Part shown: in pieces, positions 52,310 through 64,000 of the stretch
How positions within the stretch are numbered: position 1 is the stretch's first letter
How the letters are laid out: the number at the start of each line of letters is the position of its first letter
From: Octopus sinensis
Taxonomy: Eukaryota
Reading direction: 5' to 3'
NCBI RefSeq assembly: GCF_006345805.1
Contig: NC_043001.1
Location: 3,720,001 to 3,784,000, forward strand
Length of the DNA: 64,000 nucleotides
Translations under genes and position numbers: made by a program
The notes under the pieces: model-generated
What the model saw: the letters and a program-made list of their open reading frames with translations, nothing else
Database searches by the model: none
What the model was told of the DNA's origin: nothing

Positions 52310-52395
52310 CAGGTCTATTCCTTCGAGGTGAAGAAATCCTTCACTGAAGCGTCTACTTCTTGGTTTATGAAGCGTCGTGAGTGCAGGAAGACCCT
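52310..52395 (-). mobile_element. mariner fragment homologous to 48820-48895
   Basis: TTCGAGGTGAAGAAATCCTTCACTGA...CTTGGTTTATGAAG is the reverse complement of the 48.8 kb segment. Confidence 0.7.
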
Positions 52396-52579
52396 TTCTT
52401 TTGACAATCCCAATAGGATGAAAGAAAGAATTGCGCTAGGTAGGCTTTGACCTCAGAACATAAAGTGTCAGAGAAAAAAGAAATGCCATTCTTCTCTCCG
52501 CCACCAGTTGAATGATTCTGATCATAAAAAATAAGCTTAGTGAAATTTGTTGGAGTTTTTATTATTAGTAATATTATTT

Positions 52580-52800
52580 AAGGCGGTGAGTAAATAGAAT
52601 CTGTTGCACGCCGGGCGAAATTCTCAGCGGTTGTTCGACCGTCTTCACGTTCTGAGTTCAAATTCCACCTTGATCGACTTTGTATTTCATCGTTTCAGGG
52701 GACAATAAATTGAATACCAATTTAGTGCTGGAGTCAATGTAATCGACTTTCCCCGTCCCCAGTATTTTGGGCGTTGTGCCTATTTTAGAAAGGATTATTC
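52580..52800 (+). mobile_element. SINE family A (alternative tail), diverged
   Basis: GGCGGTGAG...CACGCCGGGCGAAA...TTCTGAGTTCAAATTCCACC. Confidence 0.75.
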
Positions 52801-55049
52801 ATTCATTATATTACATAACGTTGTAGGTAGCGCTTAACAAAGTTCCTTTGCAAACTTTTGGTTGTACCTTCATTTGATTTCTTTGCATGGCACCGTTGGT
52901 ATTTTTTTCTTACGAAAGGCTCAAGCTGGAAAAATTCTGATGATAAAAAATTTCTGCCTGGTAATTGAGTATTATCAATTACATTTGCATATGTGTGGAT
53001 ATATACATGTATCTGTATATATATATATATATTCATATAGTGATATGTTAAAGTGTTTCCCAGATAAACAGTTATTTCAGCATTCAAATGCACTTAGAAC
53101 AAAGGATTCAAAATTACCATAATGGTGAAACATACCAAAGGTGAAAATGATATAAATTTGTGCTTAGTATATCTTCTACCCAGTTATCAAGTTAATATGC
53201 TCTAAACAGCTTTGACTGAAAGATAAATGTATACAATTATATTTAACATGCTGGTGTAGCTCAAACCCAAAGAACCCCTCACTGCGACTCTCGTCTCAGG
53301 AGAGACCTTCTCGTTATAGACAATGTGTGTGGCATACACACCACTGCGCTATTGTGTTTAGGTCATGTATTGCTGCATCTACAGACAACAAATCCGTCTT
53401 TGTGGGGTGGTCACTGAGAAATGCCGTTGTTATACAGCGAAATATTAAATTTATTGATAAACAGAAAGATTTTGAAAGCTGGAATTAATTAACTGAAGAT
53501 GTAAAATAGGGTTGATTGAGATATGTTTGAGCATGGATAATCCGTCGCTGTGGAAATTGTCATGGAGAGTAATTCTCCTAATAAAAAATGTGCTTGAATG
53601 GATACGATCAAGGACATACTAGACTTGGAAATATTGTCTGATTCAAATATAGCAGAAATAGATTATCTTTCGAACGTGTTGTTCCTGTAGTAAGACATCA
53701 GGGTGATATCTGAGAGGCATTTAAATAATATTTCTGTCAGTGTGATCCACTCCACAGAGAACGCTCTTTTCCGTGCTTCTACACAATGGTTTTACATGAG
53801 TTAAATGTGTCTCCATACAAACAGGACAAGATATTCCTTACGTGTGAATATGAAACGCAACCAACTTCACTTTCCCAGAAAGCTTTTGTACTTTTTCACA
53901 AAGAAATATTGTTTTTACATGGACATGTAAACGAAATACCTACTCAAGTACTTCAGATAAGTTTTTCATTGAATAATTTTTATATGAAAAATTAAATTGT
54001 GCGCTTTATCAAACGAAGCACTTATGAAGCCCTCAATAAGTGGGTAGCATTTTTTGAGAGCCTCCTACGTGGTTAGCACCCGATCGGGAAAAATTGAAGC
54101 AAAGGTTTATATAGGTACTGTAGTGAATGGAGAATGTGGGGTAGGTAGATACAGCTTTTATTTGCCCTAATTTAAAAATTATCTCCAGTTCTTATTCCGT
54201 GTGAATCATTTAGTAAACCTAATGATTGAAATAAAGTGGTTAATTAACAAAATCGTTTGTGCGTCGGACAAAATGTCTAATGCCATTTTCTCATGCACTT
54301 TACTTTTTGTGCTCAAGTGTTGTTGAAGCCAACGTTGTATTTGGGGGGGGGGTCGGTTTAGAGAAAATAAAAATACCGATAAGGTATTGTAGTCGATGTA
54401 ATTGACTTAGCTACTCTCATTCTTTGTTTTCAACACAGAATATGAAATGTCAAAACAGACTTTTGATGTTTTTTAATTTTATTGATGACATGACATCTAT
54501 GCAAGTCGCTTTTCAAATGGGATCCGTCTGTCGGCAGCAGTATTCGATCTGGTGTATTTAGTTTTGTTGGAACAGTGCAAGGATGGAGAGCTGAAAAGAG
54601 TCAGTAAATGAATACTAAATAAAATACTGAGAAGCCCTGAAATACGTGGTTACTTCACTTGCTAGAAATATCAACCTAATCCAAATCCCACCACAACGAA
54701 CCACCGCGTTAAAGTACGCAGTTGTTAATACCTGGGTTAATTGGACTCTAGAAGAAAATATTAACTGGCCATGGCTGCATCAGTGTTTGATCATGAGAAT
54801 GTCTGCATCGGTCTAAAATCAATTGAGGCTAAAGTAAAAAATAGATTAGAGCAAAAAGACTCAACTATATTTATTGGTTCACAGTGAAGTAAGTGTAATC
54901 CTGTAAGATATTATTCTACAGTCGACGTACCATTAGAAAGTGATCGTAACTCAGTTGAATTATCACATTGGTTCTTATGATTCTAGGTTTGAATCCTATT
55001 TGCATCGGAATAAATAGTTGATCGGTGAATGTTCGTTTACTTATCCCAT

Positions 55050-55235
55050 CCACTATAGGCACAAGGTTCGAAATTTGAGGGTAATAGACTAGGCGATTAC
55101 ATCGATCCCAGTTCTCGAATAATACTTATTTTATCGACTCCGAAAGGAGGAAAAGCAAATCGACCTAGGCGGAAATTAAACTCAGAAAGTAAAAACAGAC
55201 GAAACAGCGCTAAGCATTTTGCCTGCTGGGCAAAC
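55050..55235 (-). mobile_element. SINE family A (alternative tail), diverged
   Basis: TACATCGATCCCAG...TTTATCGACTCCGAAAGG...GGCGGAAATTAAACTCAGAA. Confidence 0.7.
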
Positions 55236-57079
55236 GATAAATCAGCACGATGCCTTAAACGTCTGTTTAATAATATTTGCGATAAATGTATGTTTGTTGA
55301 CTTGTCCATTCCTTAGAGAGGGTGAAGAGGGAAGGAAAAGTGATACGGAATCTGTCAACATAAGAGATGCAAGATGAGTGTCATTCAACGTTCTGAAATA
55401 TCTTCATATTTTTTAATGAAATTCAGTAACGCAAGTCTTCGATGGAGTAGAATGGGATTATATCGATAGAATTTAGAGAAATAGCGTTAAATATTTTTAG
55501 CAAATATAAACGTGAGAAATTTGTTTTATTGAATTCTATTTTCGTTCGAAAGTTAGAATTCATTTCATCGTTTTGTATAAGCAAAAAGAAATTTGATAAA
55601 ATTTAAATTAGAATTATTGAATGTAAGCCATATTTCTTCCTACAACATATGTTGGAAAAGTGTACATCCTAAGTTACCCGTTGTCATATGATGGATAACT
55701 CTTTAGTATTAACTGTAATTGTTGTTTACCTTCAAGTAAGCCTTGAATACGTAGAACTATGACGAAGCTATTCCCGCCATGACTACCCTCAGTTTTTACA
55801 GAATATATTATAAAATAAGTTCTTTTTGTTGTAAGAAAGCAGTGTTTGGCTTATGAAGTAGATACAACTGTTATAGTCGAACAGGTATAGTAAAATGGTT
55901 TTCGGGGTTTGTTGCTTTTAATGCAGGATCTGGTCATCATATGAGCAGCTTTAAAGATATTGATGGGTAAATTCTTTTGTATAACTGCTTGCAAAGGGAG
56001 AACACATAACTTTTTCTATTTGACTTAAACAAAGGGGAAGTAAGCAGGAAACAATTGTCCCTTTGCTTAAGGAATACGGGAAAGGTACAAGACGTGTTTA
56101 TATTCACACACATTTAACGAGACTCAAAACCATGTGATGACAATCTGAATTCAGTCCCTTTACGAAAGTGTTATGTCTAGCAGACCAAAATCCATGATTC
56201 TATGAATACATACGTCTTTGAACTGTTTTAACATTCTAAAAAGAGGAGATTCGCAATTCTTCGAAACACGAAAACTGGAGAACGACTTACCTTTTCAACC
56301 AGCTGGTGTGGGAAGAACAAATAACGTAATTAACAAGAAGCCAAAAGGTGGTTCTCCAGCATGGCCTCAGTCAAATGATTGGAACCAAGATAAGAGTCTG
56401 AGGCATCTATAGCGCTAAAGGAGTATCTGATTTTAGTTTGATACAAATACTGTGTGTGTCTGTGTGTCGGTATGAATGTGTGTGCGTATGGTGTGTATGT
56501 TTAAAAAGAAATACAAAATTCAGTGGAATGAAAAACAATGTTATTGTGTGAAGAAAGTGATTTGAATGAAAGAATAACAACGAAAACAACAATATTTCTA
56601 GAGAACTACAACTGCTTAAAGTCAAAGAATTGCTGTGACGACACAATAGATTTTATGTCGATCCCTACATTAATGCTATAAGTTGATGCTATTTGATGTA
56701 ACAGCTTTTGTCTTCAAACATTACAAAAAAAAGCCAACCTGAAAACAGCCACATTGTTAAGAAATAGATAATTCAGTTGAAACAACAACAACAAAACATA
56801 GAAAACAAAAACTATAATAATGAAAATAAAACAACCAAAATGTAGGCAATAGTCACACACACAAACAAACAAGAAAATACATATGTGCATGTATATATAT
56901 ATTAAAAAATGCATACATGTATATGCACAATTATGCATATATATATATAAAAATACATATATATATAGAGAGAGAGAGAGAGGGAGAGAGAGAGAAAGAG
57001 AAAGAGAGAGATAAAAAATATTCATAGATACTTACATATGTATATATTTATATATATATATACATGCATACATAAATAT

Positions 57080-57130
<51 letters not shown>

Positions 57131-57143
57131 GCATACATAAATA

Positions 57144-57188
<45 letters not shown>

Positions 57189-57252
57189 GCATACATAAAT
57201 ATATATGTATATACAAGAACACACATATATGTATATATATGTATATATATAT

Positions 57253-57288
<36 letters not shown>

Positions 57289-57644
57289 CACTTATATATA
57301 TACATTTATATATATATACATACACACACAGACACACAAGCACATATAAATGCGTATGTACGTGTGTATAACAAAACAAAAAGCGAACAAAGTTATCCTG
57401 AGCACGAGAACAGTTATAAGAACCTATTTTTGTATAATAAAGTTTTGCAGTCGAACCACCAACATTTTTCTCTCTTGTTCACACAGCTATAAAATCCAGA
57501 AAGAGAATTTTTAGCATACAAATATCTCATTAATGGCCATATATCTCCGCTTCATATATCTAGACTTCATATATCTCCATATATCTACATTTCTTCTTGT
57601 TTGCTTTTTCGGAATTTGCGTTACTTTTTCTCATTTTGATCGCA

Positions 57645-58080
<436 letters not shown>

Positions 58081-58390
58081 TCCTGAAGTGATCGTGCGAA
58101 AGAAGCTCTTCTTCAAATTAACAATGAAAGTACTTATAAATTTTATTCATCCCCGTTTTTTCGTGATATTTTTTGACATTGAGAAGAACATGAACAAACA
58201 CATATTTATACATACATACATATATAAATATGCATACACATGTGTGTGTGTGTGTGTGTGTGCATGCATGCATTATAACATAACTATATACATATGCATG
58301 CATCTATTATTTTTGTGTTTTAACATAGATACTTATGTATATTATTGATCTATATGCGTTCTAACTCGTGTGCATGATATATATACCTAC

Positions 58391-58421
<31 letters not shown>

Positions 58422-58778
58422 TACACGTGTGCGTGTTTTTGTCTGTGTTTGTGTGCGTGTGTAAGTAGACGTTTACACATGTGTATATAGACATAGAAAC
58501 ATATATACATAAATACATAAATATATATATTTATTTCTATGTATGTAAAATATACGAGAATCTGTTCACTCGTAGACAACACATGTGAATATGGAACATA
58601 TGACTAAGATTTACGCTTGCTGTTTTGCATGTAATTTTTGCTGTTAGCATTAATATGAAAGTTTTCACAGACTGTGGCATATATATATTTTTGCTATAGC
58701 ACTCCACTTCATTGAAAGTATAATTTGATATCTAACTTACTATTTGTAAAGATATATGCGTACATATGTATATATGTA

Positions 58779-58845
<67 letters not shown>

Positions 58846-58846
58846 A

Positions 58847-58900
<54 letters not shown>

Positions 58901-60225
58901 TATATATACATACAAAGTTAATCCGAATATGAAAACACAATATATATACATACACATATATATATATACATACACACACATATAAATATATTTACTTCTT
59001 TATTATTCTTAAAGAAGACAAGAATAATGCTGGCAGGGAGTTCCTCCAATGATGGCGTAACTAGGCGTAAACTTCGAAATCCCTGTCTGTAATGATTTTA
59101 TTTAAGAATAATAAATTTTAACTATACAACAATATAGAATCCTCCATGATTTTAATGTAATCGCTTATCTCTGCTAATGTATATAAAAACGCACCCGCGC
59201 GCACGCACACACACATATATTTATATATATATATATATTTATTTACACGCACACACACATATATATATATACATACATGTATGTATGTATGTATGTTTAT
59301 ATGCATAATGTTGTTAATTTTGTCAATAAGAGCCATTCTTTAAATAATCGTAACAGCGGGGTTATTGTTTCTGAAGTCAACTCCAATCGCATTCGTTTTC
59401 TTAACAGTAATTCTAAGACTAAAATGTCCATTTATCAATGTAAAATTATTTCTGGTTCAGACTTATTTTTTATTAAGGTAGTTCATCATCTCAGTTATCC
59501 AAAATAATATCTAATCATTACACCAGATTCAGGCTTATCAATAAATGTAACAATACAGGGTTTAGTATATTAATCTGGCATCTAAAGCATCATAATAAAC
59601 AATTTAATTTGGAATCGAATATTTTCTCTATTTCTGCTCGCTTTGTAATAGCGAAATATTTTATATTCTATTCTCAAAGAATCCCCTTGTAAACACGTTT
59701 ATAGAATGCTTTTATCGTTGCAAATATTGGCAGAAACCTACCTTTAGTTCTTATAAATGATTTCTGCCTTTCTATAAAATTTGATCTTTGATTGTCTTCT
59801 TACATTTCACTCGCACTAAATATATCTAATTCCACGCTTTTAAGCTTTTTTCTAATTCCTCCATCGCCCTATATTTCCCCACTATTAGTTTCCTTGCTAA
59901 TTTCTTTCCTTCTTCCCCTTCTCTTTCTATAAGCTACCTTTGACGGAATATCTACTAACAGTTTAAAAAACAACTTAACAGCTTTTCCCTTCATCATTAT
60001 AACACAGTCATCACATTCTGTTAAAATGCCTTATTGATGTTTTCATTTCTTTCTTTCCCTGATGAGAAGATTGCATTGTTTTACGCCATTTTATTCCTTC
60101 TAGAATAAAACCAATGCTATCTTCGAATCATATGTCAGAAGTAAAATAATTTGACTAACACCTGCGTTTAACTCCATTTATTTCTTCATCTATCTATACA
60201 CCACACACACAAGCATATAATATAT

Positions 60226-60264
<39 letters not shown>

Positions 60265-60350
60265 CACTCACACGCATATATGTAATATATTATATATTAT
60301 ATACATATGTATATATATGTATGTTCATATATATACATACAATATATATA

Positions 60351-60381
<31 letters not shown>

Positions 60382-60386
60382 TTTAA

Positions 60387-61410
60387 ATTAATAATAAACA
60401 CTTCGATAAACTGAGATGTGTTTTCTCTTCGAACGCATCACCGGCGCAACAACAACAACAACAACCTCAACACAACCAAACTCAGCGGCAACAACAACAA
60501 CAACAGCTACAGCAACAACAACAACTTCAGCAGCAACAACCTCAGAGGCAACAACAACAACCTCAACAACAACAACAGGATGAACCACTCCTTGATTCAT
60601 CTACAATGGCCGATTTGCTAAATGAAACGATTGACCCCCCAGTCATCAGGGTCACACAGCAGGAAGCACCACCCCTTCCTTTCACTGCCCCAGCAGCTCA
60701 ATCATCATCATTGTCAACACCATCTCCTCTGCTTACTACTACTACTACTAGACTACTCCACTATATATCGACAAACATCTTTGTCTTGGAATCGACCTCC
60801 TCAATCATTACCACTGTCAACATCTCTTCTACCTACTACTACTACTACTACAGCTACTACTAATGCTATCTCAAGGAATTTACCTCCTACAGGTCACAAA
60901 GGTCGCCAAAACTTCAACAAACTATCATCTACACCTTTCACAGCTCACACACACACACGCACCTACACACCCACTCGAAACCCCATCATTTGCCGATATT
61001 CTCTTCGCCATAGACTGTGCACTGATAGAGACTGCAAATTCACCCATTTACCTGGAACAAAACGCTCTATCCCCACAAACTACAACAGCAACCACCATAA
61101 TACAACATCACCACAACCACCAATATCTCAAACAAGGAATCCCCAAATCTGCCGCTATTCCCAGCGAGACAGATTGTGCTTGCACAGGGATTGCCCCTTT
61201 ACCCATCTCCCGGGGACTCGTCGGACATTTAAAGATAATCACTCACATAAAAATAGCCGCGGCCACAGTCACCTGCGGCTCCCTAGACAGGAAACCACCT
61301 CTTCTTCCTCTTTTTTAGCTATAATGAATCTAGCAAAAGAACTGGAAAAAAACATCCGAGCTATCACCCACCGCCATCCACCACTATTACCCCACTACAC
61401 ATGCCATTAA
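60387..61410 (+). pseudogene. LINE ORF1 remnant: polyQ and Thr/Ser-rich linker, then two CCCH zinc fingers
   Basis: CRYSLRHRLCTDRDCKFTH and CRYSQRDRLCLHRDCPFTH (C-x8-C-x4-C-x3-H). At least one frameshift falls near 60740-60830. Confidence 0.75.
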
Positions 61411-64000
61411 AAAGCAATCAAATAAACAAATCACCAAAACAATTAAAACCATCCACTCTCGCCTCAACATTTCTGCTTAATGCCCAAGGCATCAGCCCTT
61501 CCACCATACACAAAAATGGAAGAAAGTCCTGGAGGACTGGGTCGAGGCCCATCCAAACCACATCCCTTTCTTCGTCCTCACTGAAACCCATCTTAGTGAC
61601 CTCCACTTGGAAGCCGAGGTGAAAGTTAAAAATTTCAAAACCATTCGTGCTGATCGTGTTGGCACAAGAAGAAAGGTGGGACTGCCATTTATGTCCATGA
61701 TTCATTCTCAACAGAAGCCATGAACATATTTTCGAATGGATACTGCGAAGCAGTCGCTGTATTCAGTCAAACCAACAACTTAACAGTAGTTGGGCTCTAC
61801 AGACCACCCCAAACGCCCCTACCATGCTTCAAGGAATGCCTCAACAGCATAAAGTGTTTCATTCAACAGTGTCAACCTGACAACATTTTAATGATGGGAG
61901 ATTTCAACCTTCCCGGGGTTGACTGGTCTACAAACAGTCTGCCGCCAGGTTCTTCTCTCTCAACCCCTGACAGGGAGGCAGTGGAATCACTTCTTGACTT
62001 CATGGATGACTTCTTCTTGTCCCAACTGGTACTCGAACCAACGAGATGTCACAAAAACGTCTTAGACTTAATTTTCAGCAATCACACTGATACTATCCAC
62101 ATATTGGTCAGTGGAGAAAACCCTACTCTCCGACCATGACATGGTTCTCTGTGATCTGAGATTTCACTGGCCAAAATGCAAAACAAATGTCATCCCTCCT
62201 GCTCATCCATTTGACACTATGGATTTCCACAATGCAAACTGGGAAGCGATCAATAATGATCTTGCACAAGTCGATTGGTCCTTCACGCACACATACACAC
62301 CCACTAACATCAAAAAGTCCTGGCAGTCACTTGTAGACACCATCACGAACATATGTGCAAGACACACCCCATTAAGATCTGCAAACAAATCTAAGTGTCG
62401 AATCCCTAGAAATAGAAAATCTCTCATAAGGAAAATTAAAAGAATCAACAAAAAGATCAACATGCTGACATACTGTCAACAGCAACACACCAACCTGACT
62501 GCCATCTCGTCGCTAGAGATTAAAAAACATAAACTCCAAAACAACATGATGTCTATCATCAATAGTCAGCGAAGAGCTGAAGAGGCCTGGGCCATTGAGA
62601 AGATCAAACTCAATCCCAAAGTGTTCTTTTCATTTGCAAAAAAACAGAGTCACTGGTTCTACTGTTGGCCCTCTGATTGATGAAAATGGTACTCTTCAAG
62701 ACAATGCCAAAACCATGGAGAAATATTGCAGAAACAATATTGCTCTGTTTTCAGCAATCCTGATATGACTGATCTGGGCTGTATCAGTGATGTTACTCCC
62801 CAATACACTTTATCGGACATAACATTTGGCGCTCCTGATGTCTTAGCAGCAATAAAGGAAATGAAGCATAATTCAGCAGTAGGTCCCGATAGGTTCCCTG
62901 CTTGTGTCTTGAAGATGTGTCAAAACCAACTTGCACCCCCTCTAGCCAATCTGTGGCGGAACTCATGGATGCTGATATATACCAGAAGACCTTCTATCCC
63001 AGTCTGTTGTCCCAGTTTTCAAAAAAGGAAACAAATCGCTTGCCGTGAATTACCGTCCAATCTCACTCACCTCTCATATCATCAAGGTATTTGAGAGGGT
63101 GCTGAGATCGCGTATGACTCACTTCCTTGAGAGTCATAATATGCTGAACCCCAACCAGCATGGATTCCGTAATGGAGAGATTGCCTGACGCAGCTACTGC
63201 AATCATTTTGATGACATTTTGAGAGCCTTGGGAGAGGGTTCCAACACTGATGTCATCTACCTTGATTTCAGCAAGGCCTTTGACAGGGTTGATCATAAGA
63301 TCCTTCTGAGAAGCTGTCCAATATTGGTGTCACTGGAAAGCTGCTGCAATGGATCAAGTGCTTCCTCTCTAACAGAACCCAACATGTTGTAGTCGAGGAG
63401 TCAAATCCAGCCCAGCCAAAGTCAGCAGTGGTGTCCCACAAGGCACTGTGTTGGGCCCACTTCTCTTCATCATCTACATAAATGATATTACTGACACCAT
63501 CAAACACAGCAAATCAGAACCTTCGCTGATGATTCCAAGCTCCAGAGGTCATCAATGGCGTGGATGACCGAATAAACCTTCAGTCAGACCTACTGGCTGT
63601 TGTCCAATGGGCGGAAAAGAATAACATGTTGCTAAATGAAGACAAATTCGAACTGATCCACTTTGGAAGGGAGGACGCTCTGAAACTCCCATACTCTCTT
63701 CCTTCTGGAGAAATTCTCATGGCATCCAACAACATCAGAGACCTGGGAGTAACAGTGGACAACAACATAAGCTGGGCTACACATATAAGCAGCAAAGTTG
63801 ACATGGCCCGCAGAATGTGTTCCTGGATTCTCAGAACCTTCCAGTCGAGAGATTCCCACGCTATTATCCTTCTCTTCTCCACTTTTGCCCGACCCCACCT
63901 TGAATACTGCTGTCCACTGTGGTCTCCCTACACAAAACAAATATTATGAGAATTGAAGCTCCCCAAAGGTCAATCACAAAAAGATAGATGGCATGTCAGA
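61401..64000 (+). pseudogene. LINE ORF2 (AP endonuclease + reverse transcriptase), frameshifted
   Basis: LLNAQG, VLTETHL, YRPP, MGDFN, LDLIF, SDHD; [39 protein letters not shown] and RPHLEYCCPLWSP, spread over shifting frames. Confidence 0.92.

Larger units (their letters stand above)
60383..64000 (+). mobile_element. Long CR1-type LINE, 5'-truncated in ORF1, continuing beyond the window
   Basis: An ORF1-like segment is followed by AP-endonuclease and RT domains, and it is closely related to the 19839-21516 copy. Confidence 0.93.

Overview
AT-rich eukaryotic non-coding DNA, most likely from an octopus. That assignment is inferred from recalled tRNA-derived SINE families and the very high (TA)n/(ATG)n/(AAT)n density, and was not checked by search. 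No intact host protein-coding gene can be supported, and nearly all listed ORFs are microsatellite artefacts. The window is a mosaic of tRNA-headed SINE families (labelled A-E and G here), CR1-type LINE copies, and Tx1/L1, RTE and Penelope-like relics. One CR1 copy is ~3.6 kb, carries tandem CCCH zinc fingers and runs off the right edge. The window also holds mariner and maT transposon relics, MITE-like hairpins, a likely Helitron 5' end, a possible solo LTR and a 2.4 kb higher-order (ATG)n array. The most notable signal is a set of 8-9 minimal type-I hammerhead-ribozyme motifs of Penelope type in about five unrelated repeat families. One of these families is a tRNA-headed SINE with a hammerhead in its 3' part. 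A second signal is apparent microsatellite targeting by the CR1 and Tx1 elements. Coordinates were read by eye and may be off by a few bases, or by tens of bases for degenerate ends.
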